A stretch of 64,000 nucleotides of DNA from Pseudomonadota bacterium. Lineage in GTDB: Bacteria > Bdellovibrionota > FAC87 > UBA2466. The DNA is taken from contig JAYUGC010000014.1 in assembly GCA_043767805.1 (NCBI GenBank), positions 21,050 to 85,049 on the forward strand, read 5' to 3'. The position numbers and the translations under genes are program-made. Under the pieces are notes generated by a model. The model ran no database searches, had not been told where the DNA came from, and saw only the letters and a list, made by a program, of their open reading frames with translations. The first letter of the stretch is position 1. Each line of letters opens with the position of its first letter. Positions 44,311 through 53,879 of this stretch are shown piece by piece.

Positions 44311-45216
44311 ATGTCTACCAGCCGCGTATCCACAGGCCAGATGTACACCAACGCTCAACAGCACGTGGCCTCGGCCCGTGACAAAGAGCAGCTCTCGGCT
44401 GAGAAAACGTCGACTAATAAACAGATCAATCGCCCCAGCGAAGACCCCGCCGGCTGGATGCTCGCCAACACTTTGAAAGACGATCTCAGCGTGCGCGAAA
44501 CGCTGACCAAGAACGCTCAGGTCGCCAATCACGTATTGACCGCGACCGAGACTATTTTCGATCAGGCGCAACAGTACGTGAACCGCGCTTATGAGCTGGC
44601 CATCGGTAACTCCGGCACCGCCCTCGGCGGTCCCGTCGCTCGGCAGGGAGCGCTGACCGAAGTGCAGGGCATTTACGAAGGCTTGCTCCAGGCGCTCAAT
44701 TTTCGGTACGGAAGCCGCACGCTCATGGCCGGTCATCACAGCCAGGGACCGGCGTTCGATGCGAACGGAAATTTCGTGGGCGATAGCGGCGTGCTCGCCA
44801 TCGACATCGACAAGGAAACGCAAGTTCCGCTTACCATGTCCGCCGAGCGCCACATCCTCGGCATGGGCGAGAAAGGCGGCGTCAATATCGTTCAGACCTT
44901 TCACCGGCTGATGGACGGGCTAGGCACCGATGACTCCCAGATGATTCAGAGCACCTTGGAAGACATGAAGCGCGGGATCGAGCAGCTCTCCGCCGCGCGC
45001 GCCGAAGTGGGCACGCGCATGCAGAACATCGACCGTGCCTTGGGCCGCCACGCTTCCCATCTCATCAGCACGGCGGAGCAGGTTTCCAAGATCGAGGACG
45101 CGGATGCCATCAAGGCGTTCTCCGATCTCTCCCGCGATCAGACCATTCTCAAAGCCGCGATCTCCACCAGCGAGAAAATCCTCTCGCAAGACGCGGCCAG
45201 TATCTTCTTCAAGTAG
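44311..45216 (+). CDS. flgL: Flagellar hook-associated protein 3 FlgL
   Basis: Flagellin-like N-terminal (MSTSRVSTGQMYTNAQQH...) and C-terminal helices. Follows flgK with overlap. Confidence 0.75.
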   Translation: MSTSRVSTGQMYTNAQQHVASARDKEQLSAEKTSTNKQINRPSEDPAGWMLANTLKDDLSVRETLTKNAQVANHVLTATETIFDQAQQYVNRAYELAIGNSGTALGGPVARQGALTEVQGIYEGLLQALNFRYGSRTLMAGHHSQGPAFDANGNFVGDSGVLAIDIDKETQVPLTMSAERHILGMGEKGGVNIVQTFHRLMDGLGTDDSQMIQSTLEDMKRGIEQLSAARAEVGTRMQNIDRALGRHASHLISTAEQVSKIEDADAIKAFSDLSRDQTILKAAISTSEKILSQDAASIFFK

Positions 45217-45222
45217 GAACCC

Positions 45223-45417
45223 GCGCGTCCCGCGCGTTTCGATCCGGGCAGTCACTGGTTGCTGGATGCTGGACCGAGGTAGGCTATTTTGATCTTAGCC
45301 TCCCGCACTTCTCAAAGCGCGGTACTGGCGTTCACGGGCAGTCCGCAAGGGAGAGATCTACTAATGGATTACCTCGGTCCAGCAACCAGTGACCGGGCTG
45401 GATCGAACGCGCGGGTA
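45223..45417. repeat. About 195-bp imperfect palindromic element (about 45-bp inverted arms around an 88-nt core) between flgL and csrA
   Basis: Left arm CCCGCGCGTTTCGATCCGGGCAGTCACTGGTTGCTGGA[TGCTGGA]CCGAGGTA. The reverse complement of the right arm (45371-45417) is CCGCGCGTTCGATCCAGCCCGGTCACTGGTTGCTGGACCGAGGTA. Several GGA motifs in the core. Confidence 0.7.
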
Positions 45418-45537
45418 GCGCGGGGGCTCGATTCACGGCGGGGGATGTCATAAAAGATACTGAAACGGATGAAGATTTGCTTAAGTCCCAGGCGCTAGCT
45501 GCCGAGAAGATTGGTGAGCCAAGTGACGGCTTACCCC

Positions 45538-45768
45538 ATGCTTGTACTTACCCGCAAATTAGGTGAAACCATCGCAATCGACGACGATATCAAAATCGTC
45601 GTCGTTCAGATCAAAGGACGCCAAGTCCGATTAGGTATCGACGCCCCTCGTCATACTAAGATCCACCGCGAAGAGATTTACCTCGAGATTCAGGAGCAGA
45701 ACAAATCTGCCGCTGAGTCCCAACCCACCCAGCCAAAAAAAGTTGCTAAGCAAGTACGTGCCAGCTAA
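45538..45768 (+). CDS. csrA: Carbon storage regulator / translational repressor CsrA
   Basis: MLVLTRKLGETIAIDDDIKIVVVQIKGRQVRLGIDAPRHTKIHREEIY is the canonical CsrA sequence. Start at the internal ATG. Confidence 0.9.
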   Translation: MLVLTRKLGETIAIDDDIKIVVVQIKGRQVRLGIDAPRHTKIHREEIYLEIQEQNKSAAESQPTQPKKVAKQVRAS

Positions 45769-45810
45769 CATTCAAGCTGGATTTCCCAAATAAAATCAGG
45801 AGAGCTGGGG

Positions 45811-46356
45811 ATGCAAATCGAAACCACGCGTTTCGGGACAGTGACTGTTGAAGATACCGACGTCATCACGTTTCCCGAAGGGATGCTGGGCTTCTCGAAG
45901 ATCCACGAGTACGTGCTGATAGAGCGCACGGACGACTCGCTTTTTGTTTGGCTACAAGCCTTAAAAAAGCCGAGCGTGGCCTTCCCGCTCCTCGAGCCGC
46001 AAATTTTCGAAATGAACTTCCGGGTCGACATGGAAGAAGCGGATCGCAAGATCCTGAAACTCGATAAGCTGAAGTTCGCGAAGGTCTTCTCCATCGTGAC
46101 GATCCCCTCGGATCCCTCGAAGATGACGGCGAACCTGAAAGCTCCCATCGTCATCAATTTGAAAAAACGCTTGGCTCATCAAGTCATCCTGCATCAGCAG
46201 GAGTACCCGATCCGGCGTGCGATTTACGCCGAGCTGCAAAAGCATTGCGCGGCTTCCCACCGTTCGGTTTTCCCGGACGTGGACGCCCAGCCGGCGTACC
46301 AAGCCATCCACATCAGCGAACAGATGCCCAGCGAAGGCGTCGAGCTGCACCGCTAA
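45811..46356 (+). CDS. fliW: Flagellar assembly factor FliW (CsrA antagonist)
   Basis: MQIETTRFGTVTVEDTDVITFPEGMLGF is the FliW N-terminal signature. RBS AGGAGAG. About 30-aa C-terminal extension relative to typical FliW. Confidence 0.8.
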   Translation: MQIETTRFGTVTVEDTDVITFPEGMLGFSKIHEYVLIERTDDSLFVWLQALKKPSVAFPLLEPQIFEMNFRVDMEEADRKILKLDKLKFAKVFSIVTIPSDPSKMTANLKAPIVINLKKRLAHQVILHQQEYPIRRAIYAELQKHCAASHRSVFPDVDAQPAYQAIHISEQMPSEGVELHR

Positions 46357-46395
46357 ACGGCGCGGGCTCTTCTGCACCGCTAGAACGGCGGCCGC

Positions 46396-46851
46396 TCAGT
46401 TTCGCTTTTGTTTGAGCTCTTCGTAGAGAGCGAGAACGCGCTTTACGTACTCGCGTGTCTCTCGGAAGGGCGGAATGCCGCCGTAACGGGCGACGTTGCC
46501 GGGGCCCGCGTTGTAGGCGGCCAGCGCAAGCTTCAAATTGCCTCGGTAGCGGTTGATGAGCGATCGCAGATACTCGCAGGCGCCCATCAAATTGTTCACC
46601 GTGTGATAGGGCGCGTGGATGCCGGAAGCGTCCGCCGTTTTCGGCATGACCTGCATGAGGCCCATGGCGCCCTTGGGAGACGTGAGCGGCTTGAAATTGG
46701 ACTCCTGCTTCACTATCGCGGTGACGAGCTTCGGGTCGACGGAAGCTCGCAGGGCGGCGTCTTTAATCTTCTGCTGAAGATCCGCCGAAGCCCAGCCGGT
46801 CAAAAGAAAGCACGCCGCCGCGAGGGCGGCGCTTCTAGAGAGAAACGCCAT
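46396..46851 (-). CDS. Lytic transglycosylase (SLT domain), secreted
   Basis: Signal peptide MAFLSRSAALAAACFLLTGWASA. Catalytic-Glu region VKQESNF. GLMQVMP and AYNAGPGNV motifs of SLT family 1. Confidence 0.75.
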   Translation of the reverse strand: MAFLSRSAALAAACFLLTGWASADLQQKIKDAALRASVDPKLVTAIVKQESNFKPLTSPKGAMGLMQVMPKTADASGIHAPYHTVNNLMGACEYLRSLINRYRGNLKLALAAYNAGPGNVARYGGIPPFRETREYVKRVLALYEELKQKRN

Positions 46852-48058
46852 AGGAGAAGCCGTAGCTGCCCAAGAGGATGCTGCCCGCGCCCATGTAGAA
46901 TTTGAGCCCGCCACGGAGATTCGCACCGAGCAAGGGGACGGTGACGGTGATGCCGGGCCCGAAGAGGAACCCGCCCGATAATTTCGCAAAGTCGACACCT
47001 ATATTGTCGGAAGCCTGGAAGAGAACCATCCCAAAACCAAGGGATGCGTCCAAAAACACGTACTTACCCGATAACGGCAGTTGGTACTTTGTGTCAAGAG
47101 AGAGGAGCCCGTAGGTGAAGATGTCCAAACCGGCTTCCACCGTCCAACGTTGCGCGACCCGATAGCCCGCGAACGCGCCCAGATCGACGACGCTATTGGT
47201 GGTGCCCGCATCGGCGTAGCGAGCCATGCCGAGGTTCGCGCCGAGATAAAAGGGCGTATCGGAAAGAGCGGCGAGTTCGCGGAAAAGATGGCCCGCTTCG
47301 GAAGCTTTGCGACGGGCGAGATCCGCTTCGTCGGAGCTGGCGTAGTTCTCGTTGCCCTTTTCGCTCCCCGCGCCGGGAAGGTATTGGAACTTTCCCGCCT
47401 TGTATTGAGCGAAGGCCTCGTTGAAAGTTTTGCGGAGCTTGTCCTCGAGAATGGGCGTAGTCAGCTGGGATTGTCCGGGGTCGAGAAGCGGATTGACGGC
47501 GACGATGAACTCGCCGGGTTTCAGCGTATCGAACATGAAAACGGAAATGCGCTCGCGATCCAGATAAGACAGGGCGATGAGCTCCGTCTTTAAAGTCGTG
47601 TGCGCTTTTTTCGTCTCCTCGGAAGTAAACGCGCCGAGGGTGTAGGCCGCGAGCTCGACGTCAAAACCCTCGATCGTTTTAAAGAGCTGACCGATCGCAA
47701 ATTGGAGAGCGGAGCCCAGGTTGTAACCGGACGTATCGCTGCCCGTAAGAATGGTGACGCTCCGATGGCCTTTGGTCGCCGGGCGAGGAGCCGCCGCTTG
47801 AGCCGCTGCCGCCGGAGGAACTTCCGCGGGAGCGGCTGCTTGGGCCTCGGGCTGCGCGGCGGTTTCGGGCGCGGCCGCAGGGGCAGCCTCGGGCTGCGCG
47901 GCTGCTTGAGCCTCGGGCTGCGCGGCGGTTTCGGGCGCGGCCGCGGGGGCAGCCTCGGGCTGCGCGGTCACCGCTTGCGCCGGGTCCGCGGGAGGAGCCG
48001 TTTCAGCCAGAGCCGCTAGAGCAATGCCAAGCCAAGCTATGAGTAGGGTGCGTCGCAT
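46835..48058 (-). CDS. Secreted protein with Pro/Ala/Glu-rich tandem repeats and C-terminal beta-barrel-like domain (hypothetical OMP)
   Basis: Signal peptide. 2 x 22-aa repeat AQPEAAPAAAPETAAQPEAQAA. Aromatic-rich C-terminal half ending GSYGFSYGVSL. Confidence 0.5.
   Translation of the reverse strand: MRRTLLIAWLGIALAALAETAPPADPAQAVTAQPEAAPAAAPETAAQPEAQAAAQPEAAPAAAPETAAQPEAQAAAPAEVPPAAAAQAAAPRPATKGHRSVTILTGSDTSGYNLGSALQFAIGQLFKTIEGFDVELAAYTLGAFTSEETKKAHTTLKTELIALSYLDRERISVFMFDTLKPGEFIVAVNPLLDPGQSQLTTPILEDKLRKTFNEAFAQYKAGKFQYLPGAGSEKGNENYASSDEADLARRKASEAGHLFRELAALSDTPFYLGANLGMARYADAGTTNSVVDLGAFAGYRVAQRWTVEAGLDIFTYGLLSLDTKYQLPLSGKYVFLDASLGFGMVLFQASDNIGVDFAKLSGGFLFGPGITVTVPLLGANLRGGLKFYMGAGSILLGSYGFSYGVSL
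47836..47967. repeat. 2 x 66-bp tandem direct repeat (coding; gives the Pro/Ala repeat)
   Basis: GCTGCTTG(G/A)GCCTCGGGCTGCGCGGCGGTTTCGGGCGCGGCCGC(A/G)GGGGCAGCCTCGGGCTGCGCG repeated twice. Confidence 0.8.
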
Positions 48059-48140
48059 AAGGTAAGGGAGAGTAGCTTTTATTTTAGCACGGAAGGCGCC
48101 ACTTTGAGGCCGTCCGCTCTAAAGGAAGAACTGGTAAGTT

Positions 48141-50270
48141 TTACGCGGCGAGACGCGTTTTAACTTTCTTGCGGGAGAAGTAGTAGTTCGACGCGCGCTT
48201 GTGAGCGCTGGTCAAAGGCACGCAGTTGAGGGCGAGGCCCACGGGCGCTTTCGAGAAGACTTTGCAGGTCTGGATGGCTTCCAGAATGTCCTTCGGCCGG
48301 GTCACGTACATGCGGGCGACCAGCACGATGAGGTCCGCCATGCCCGACCATTGGTGCGCGAGGTTCGAGGCAAAGAGCGGCGGCGTATCGATGAGTATCA
48401 AATCGTACTCGGTGCGGAGCTGCTTCACCATCGCTTCGATGGATTTAAGATTGTGGTGGAGCTGAGTCGGATCGACGCGCTCACCGCGCGGCATGTACGA
48501 CACGCCTTCGATGGTGGTGTGCACGATGAGATCTTTCGGGTTCGGCATCACGTCGGAATAGAGAACCGACTTCAAACCCGGTGTCTGGTCTTCCTGGATG
48601 TTGGCGAACTTGTACGGCCTGAGCGTCAGCATGTCGCCGTCGATAAGGAGCGTTTTTCTCGTCGGGCTTTGCGAGGTGATGGCAAGGCTGTGCACGACGG
48701 TGCTCTTTCCTTCGCGGGCGTTGGGCGAGCTCACTACCACCACCGGGCAGGGGACGTCTTTCGTCTCCCGCAAGATGCGATAGTGCATGATCTTCAAGTG
48801 CTCGAGGCCGAACGAGGGAATGTCTTCGACGGAGCGGCCCGTCTGGCGCATGGACGGAATCTTGCCGATGACCGGGAGGTTCAGGCGATTCACTTCGGCC
48901 TCGCTATCCAGGCGAGGCACGAGGGCGAGCAGCAAGATGACCGTGACGGCGATGGCGAAAATGGAAAGCGAAAGGGCGCGGTAGAGGAAGTTGGAGAGAA
49001 ACGGCGCGACTCGCTTGTCGTTGCGGGAAGGCTCGCGCAGGCGGAAGATTTCCGCTTGCCCCGCCGATAGCTCGATCTCGGTGCGTTGTTCGCGCTTATA
49101 GAGGTTGTCGAGCATGGTCTTATGATGCCGCAGCTCTCCGGTGAGCCGGTCGTACTGGAGAAAGAGCGACTGGAACTTGCGGATCTTGCGGTTCGCGTCC
49201 TCGAGATCGGCCTCGGCGCGCTTAAGGCCCGTGAGCTTGACGCGGAAATCGAACTCGAGCTTCGCAATCTGCGCGCGGGCGTCGTCGGCCTTGATGGGCG
49301 TCTTCAGATAGAGGTCCATCTCCTTCTCGTTCAGAGTGGAGAGCCGGGCGGAGGATTGGGCGATCTCCTCGTTGAGGGAATCGAGGCGCTCTTTCTTGCC
49401 GGGGTCGGTGGACTGCTCGGTGAGCTGGAGCTCGTTGGTCAGATCGCCCACTTGCTTGGTCAGCTGGTCAATCGCCAGGCGGAGGGAAGTGTGCTCGCCG
49501 CGCTTGGCCGACGGGACGTTGAGCAGGAGATTACGCAAGGAGCGGTTGTCCTCGATCTCGTTCTTCAGCTTGCGGACGGCCTCGCGCAAGAGACGGGGTA
49601 ATTTTTCCTTGCCGCCTTCCGACATGAAATCGATGAACTCCGGGTTGTCCTTCTGGAACTCGTTGAGGCTATTCTCGCGCTCGCCGATTTCGCGCGTCTC
49701 GCTGGAAATCTGGCGAGAGAGGAACTCGCGCTTCATCATGTCCTCGCGCTGCCCGATCTCCGGGTAGTAGTCGTGGATCGTGTTCATGTAGACGAGGCAA
49801 AGCGCGTGAGCCGCGTCGGGATTGGGGCCAGTACAGCCAATGTTGTAAATGTCGCTCTTCGAGTCCCAGTTCAGGTTGATGAACTGACGGAAATGGTTCG
49901 GCGGATAGCCGCCCTCGGGAAAGAGCATGCGCAGGTACTTCGGCCGGCCTTCTTCGTTGTAGTAATCAGTGAGGGCGGTCTTCAAGCGCTGAAAGACTTC
50001 GTGGGAGTTCAACAAGTGAACGAGGTTTCGTTTCTTGTCCTCGTTGCGGGTGTTGCCCAGCATGTACGTGCGATACATCCGGCCCTTGGAGTTATCGATG
50101 AGAAGAGAAGCGTCGGAGGCGTAAACAGGAGGCGTTTGCGAGTACGTGAAAATATTGTACCCGTAGATCAAAAGCGCTTCGGCGAGCAGAAGCCACCAAT
50201 GGGTTTTTAGATAACCCAAGGCTTTCAGAATGACCTGAAGCTCTGTATTTGATTGTTGGGCAGCTCGCAT
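48141..50270 (-). CDS. Polysaccharide co-polymerase / tyrosine autokinase (Wzc/BY-kinase family)
   Basis: 709 aa. N-terminal TM, periplasmic coiled-coil, second TM, C-terminal P-loop ATPase (Walker A NAREGKSTV, Walker B DLILIDTPP). Confidence 0.75.
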   Translation of the reverse strand: MRAAQQSNTELQVILKALGYLKTHWWLLLAEALLIYGYNIFTYSQTPPVYASDASLLIDNSKGRMYRTYMLGNTRNEDKKRNLVHLLNSHEVFQRLKTALTDYYNEEGRPKYLRMLFPEGGYPPNHFRQFINLNWDSKSDIYNIGCTGPNPDAAHALCLVYMNTIHDYYPEIGQREDMMKREFLSRQISSETREIGERENSLNEFQKDNPEFIDFMSEGGKEKLPRLLREAVRKLKNEIEDNRSLRNLLLNVPSAKRGEHTSLRLAIDQLTKQVGDLTNELQLTEQSTDPGKKERLDSLNEEIAQSSARLSTLNEKEMDLYLKTPIKADDARAQIAKLEFDFRVKLTGLKRAEADLEDANRKIRKFQSLFLQYDRLTGELRHHKTMLDNLYKREQRTEIELSAGQAEIFRLREPSRNDKRVAPFLSNFLYRALSLSIFAIAVTVILLLALVPRLDSEAEVNRLNLPVIGKIPSMRQTGRSVEDIPSFGLEHLKIMHYRILRETKDVPCPVVVVSSPNAREGKSTVVHSLAITSQSPTRKTLLIDGDMLTLRPYKFANIQEDQTPGLKSVLYSDVMPNPKDLIVHTTIEGVSYMPRGERVDPTQLHHNLKSIEAMVKQLRTEYDLILIDTPPLFASNLAHQWSGMADLIVLVARMYVTRPKDILEAIQTCKVFSKAPVGLALNCVPLTSAHKRASNYYFSRKKVKTRLAA

Positions 50271-50531
50271 AATTAAGTCACTTCGGACGTCTCCGAATAG
50301 ACTCCTACAGAGTCCTTAACGGTTAGATTCCCCTGGAAATTGAGGGTAAACGTGCGCAATTGCCTAACGAATTTTGGTCTGTCCGCAATGCTCCGCGGCG
50401 AGCGATCCCCGACGCGCTGAAAAAAAACCGGCCCGGAAAGCTCTTCCCAAGATTTCGCCATCTTGACGCAAAGCATTTGTCTCCCATTCCGAACCGTCGA
50501 CAAGCCTGAGTCCATCGCCTTCAATGAAGCG

Positions 50532-51059
50532 GTGAGAATTTTGACTTTGTCCGGAAGTCTTCGTTTGGCGTCCTCTAATGTTAAGCTGCTCCGCGCCATA
50601 AAGGACTTTTGTCCCGTGGGGGTGGAGGCCGAGGCGTTTGAGGGGTTGGCGGGTTTACCGGCGTTCAATCCCGATCTAGATGGAGAGTCGCCGCCGGAGC
50701 CCGTACGCCAGTGGCGAGCGAGTCTTGCCAGGGCTGATGCGGTCGTAATCTCGAGCCCTGAGTACGTGCACGGCGTGCCGGGGGCCTTGAAGAACGCGCT
50801 CGATTGGATTGTTTCCAGCGGGGAAATTTCCTCCAAGCGGGTCGGGCTCATCAATGCCTCGGCGGGAAGCGGTGAGTTCGCCGAAGCTCAGTTGAAGGAA
50901 ACGCTTACCGTAATGGAGGCGCGAGTTCTCTTTTCGATTTCCTTGCCCGGCCCGCTCGTACGCCGGGGTTTCGACGAGAGCGGAAAGCCCGTGGAGGCGG
51001 AAATCATCACGGCGTTAACGGCTTGCGTGGATACCCTTATCGCTTCTTGCCTGATGTAA
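50532..51059 (+). CDS. NAD(P)H-dependent FMN reductase family protein
   Basis: VRILTLSGSLR...VISSPEYVHGVPGALKNALDW matches the FMN_red family. GTG start at 50532 is tentative; the ORF extends to a TTG at 50463. Confidence 0.6.
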   Translation: MRILTLSGSLRLASSNVKLLRAIKDFCPVGVEAEAFEGLAGLPAFNPDLDGESPPEPVRQWRASLARADAVVISSPEYVHGVPGALKNALDWIVSSGEISSKRVGLINASAGSGEFAEAQLKETLTVMEARVLFSISLPGPLVRRGFDESGKPVEAEIITALTACVDTLIASCLM

Positions 51060-51108
51060 ATCGGGCCGAGTACGATGCGGCCATTGTTTCGAAGGATGAA
51101 AAAAATAC

Positions 51109-51804
51109 ATGAATAAACTAATCAAGAACGCGACGGAAGCCGTAGCCGATGTCTTCGACGGCGCGACGCTAGCCCTGGGCGGTTTCGGTCTATGCGGCAT
51201 CCCCGAGAATTGCATCGCGGCCCTCGTCGAAAAGGGCGTGAAAAATCTCACCTGCATTTCCAATAATGCGGGCGTCGATGATTTTGGCATCGGCCTCATG
51301 CTGCAAAAGCGGCAGGTCAAAAAAATGATCTCGAGCTACGTCGGCGAGAACAAATTATTCGAGCAGCTCGTCCTTTCCGGCGAGATGGAGCTGGAGCTCA
51401 CGCCTCAGGGAACGCTCGCTGAAAAATTGCGTGCGGGGGGCGCGGGTATACCGGCCTTTTTCACGGCGACCGGCTATGGCACTCAGATCGCCGAAGGTAA
51501 GGAAGTGCGCGAGTTCAAAGGCCGCAAGTACATTTTGGAACAGTCCTACTTCGCCGACTTCGCTTTGGTGAAAGCATGGAAGGGCGACACCATGGGCAAC
51601 CTGGTCTTTCGCGGAACGAGCCGCAACTTCAATCCCATGGTCGCCACTTGCAGCTATAAGACCATCGCGGAAGTCGAAGAGCTCGTGCCCGCGGGCGAGC
51701 TCGATCCCGACAATATTCACGTGCCCGGCATTTACGTGAAACGGATTTTCCAGGGCAAGCACTACGAAAAGCGCATCGAGAAGCGCACCACGAGGCAGGC
51801 ATAA
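51109..51804 (+). CDS. scoA: 3-oxoacid CoA-transferase subunit A
   Basis: [39 protein letters not shown] is the CoA-transferase family I alpha-subunit signature. Confidence 0.85.
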   Translation: MNKLIKNATEAVADVFDGATLALGGFGLCGIPENCIAALVEKGVKNLTCISNNAGVDDFGIGLMLQKRQVKKMISSYVGENKLFEQLVLSGEMELELTPQGTLAEKLRAGGAGIPAFFTATGYGTQIAEGKEVREFKGRKYILEQSYFADFALVKAWKGDTMGNLVFRGTSRNFNPMVATCSYKTIAEVEELVPAGELDPDNIHVPGIYVKRIFQGKHYEKRIEKRTTRQA

Positions 51805-51805
51805 T

Positions 51806-52465
51806 ATGGCTCTGACCAGAGAACAGATCGCTCAGCGGATTGCTTTGGAGCTAAAGGACGGCGACTACGTCAACCTCGGCATCGGCATTCCCACTTTGGT
51901 GGCCAATTACGTGCCGAAGGGCATTACCGTCGTGCTGCAAAGCGAGAATGGGCTCCTTGGCGTCGGGCCTTATCCCAAGGAAAGCGAAGTCGATCCGGAT
52001 TACATCAACGCCGGCAAAGAAACGGTGACGACGCTCCCCGGGTCCGCCATTTTTTCGAGCTCCGATTCCTTCGCGATGATCCGAGGCGGGCATGTGGATC
52101 TCACCGTCATGGGCGCCATGGAAGTCGACGAGACCGGCAGCATCGCCAACTGGATCATTCCCGGTAAGATGGTCAAAGGCATGGGAGGCGCCATGGATCT
52201 CGTCGCCTCGGGAAGTCGCCTCATCGTGGCCATGCAGCACGTATCGAAAAACGGCGAGAGCAAAATTTTGCCGAAGTGTCAGCTGCCGCTCACCGGCGTG
52301 AACGTGGTGAAAAAGATCGTCACCGAGCTCGCCGTCATCGACGTGACCCGGGAAGGGCTCGTGCTGAGGGAACGCGCGCCCGGCGTGACCACGGAAGACA
52401 TTCGTAAAGCGACCGCGGCGAAGCTCACTATCCCGGCGGACGTGCCGGAAATCCGCCTCCGATGA
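51806..52465 (+). CDS. scoB: 3-oxoacid CoA-transferase subunit B
   Basis: Follows scoA by 2 nt. [10 protein letters not shown] and the beta-subunit catalytic Glu region (GAMEVDE/SENG). Confidence 0.85.
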   Translation: MALTREQIAQRIALELKDGDYVNLGIGIPTLVANYVPKGITVVLQSENGLLGVGPYPKESEVDPDYINAGKETVTTLPGSAIFSSSDSFAMIRGGHVDLTVMGAMEVDETGSIANWIIPGKMVKGMGGAMDLVASGSRLIVAMQHVSKNGESKILPKCQLPLTGVNVVKKIVTELAVIDVTREGLVLRERAPGVTTEDIRKATAAKLTIPADVPEIRLR

Positions 52466-53685
52466 CTGGGAAGGCCTCTTCGAAGCTGCTCTCGCCTCTG
52501 GTTTTGGTGGGAGCGCTCGGCTATTTCGTCGATATCTACGATCTGGTTTTGTTTAGCATCTTGCGAACGGCGTCTCTCAAGGGACTGGGCGTACCGGAGT
52601 CCGAGCTCTTGGATAAAGGGGTGCTTCTGCTCAACTGGCAGATGTCGGGTCTGCTTTTGGGCGGCATTCTCTGGGGAATTCTCGGCGATAAGCGCGGGCG
52701 GCTCAGCGTGCTCTTTGGCTCCATCCTCCTCTATTCGGCCGCCAATATCTGTAACGCTTTCGTGCAGACGGTGAACCAGTACGCCGCACTCAGATTCATC
52801 GCGGGCATTGGCCTTGCGGGCGAGCTCGGCGCCGCCATTACCTTGGTCTCGGAGAGTCTCCCGAAAGAAGTGCGTGGCTACGGCACGGCTATCGTGGCCG
52901 GCGTGGGGCTTTCGGGTGCGGTCTTCGCGGGCCTCGTCGCCGATTTTCTCGACTGGAAGTCCGCCTATTTTACGGGCGGTGCCCTCGGCCTTTCCCTGTT
53001 ATTCGCGCGCGTGCGGCTTGCCGAGTCCGGAATGTTTCGCGAAGTGCGCGCGAGCGCGGTACGACGCGGGGATTTGACTTTGCTTTTCGCTAATGGAAAA
53101 CGCGCATGGCGCTATCTCTGCTGCATTTTGATCGGCGTGCCCATTTGGTATGTCGTTGGTATTCTGGTCACCTTTTCGCCCGAGATCACGAAATCTCTGG
53201 GCGCGGTCGAGCCAATTTCGGCGGGCCGGGGCATATTATTTTGTTACGCAGGTGTCGCGATCGGAGATTTGGCGACGGGAGTCATCAGCCAGTGGATCGG
53301 AAGCCGCAAGAAGGTGGTCGCCGTGGCGTTGGCCATTGAAGCCGCTCTAGTGGTGGCGTTACTCACGTCGCATGGCTTCACGGCCGCCTATTTCTACGGG
53401 TTTTGCGTGTTGATGGGCCTTGCCACCGGCTATTGGGCGGTCTTCGTGACCATGGCGAGCGAGCAGTTCGGGACGAACTTACGAGCTACCGTCACAACCA
53501 CGGTGCCGAACTTCGTACGGGGCTCGGTCGTGCTTCTGACGCTTGCCTTTAGAAAGTATCAGACGGATTTGGGGCTCGCCGGCAGCGCGCTCGCGCTCTT
53601 TGCGGTCGTGGGCCTTCTCGCGGTCGTAGCCCTTTTGTCTCTGGACGAGACGCATTCGCGAGACCTCAATTATCTTGAAGCCTGA
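52462..53685 (+). CDS. MFS transporter
   Basis: 12 predicted TM segments. MFS signature-like [13 protein letters not shown] overlap with scoB. Confidence 0.7.
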   Translation: MTGKASSKLLSPLVLVGALGYFVDIYDLVLFSILRTASLKGLGVPESELLDKGVLLLNWQMSGLLLGGILWGILGDKRGRLSVLFGSILLYSAANICNAFVQTVNQYAALRFIAGIGLAGELGAAITLVSESLPKEVRGYGTAIVAGVGLSGAVFAGLVADFLDWKSAYFTGGALGLSLLFARVRLAESGMFREVRASAVRRGDLTLLFANGKRAWRYLCCILIGVPIWYVVGILVTFSPEITKSLGAVEPISAGRGILFCYAGVAIGDLATGVISQWIGSRKKVVAVALAIEAALVVALLTSHGFTAAYFYGFCVLMGLATGYWAVFVTMASEQFGTNLRATVTTTVPNFVRGSVVLLTLAFRKYQTDLGLAGSALALFAVVGLLAVVALLSLDETHSRDLNYLEA

Positions 53686-53879
53686 CTAATCTTTCGTGCG
53701 AGGACTGATCGGCGTTTCCTGGAGGACGGCCAGCAAAAGAATAAAAACGATTTTAGTCCATTTGGTTTGTTGTATGTAAATGGATCCTGAAAGGGCCCGA
53801 CCTGACGTCACACGGCGTGCCGAAAAACGTCACCGCGAAACAAGACAACCGGACCGGCTCGTGGTGTGATTGAGGGGTC

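Noticed and set aside
50273-50854. 193-aa minus-strand ORF upstream of wzc
   Set aside because: Overlaps the FMN-reductase gene on the opposite strand. No start context. Composition is Ser/Arg-rich and artefact-like. The region 50271-50460 is more plausibly the wzc 5' UTR.
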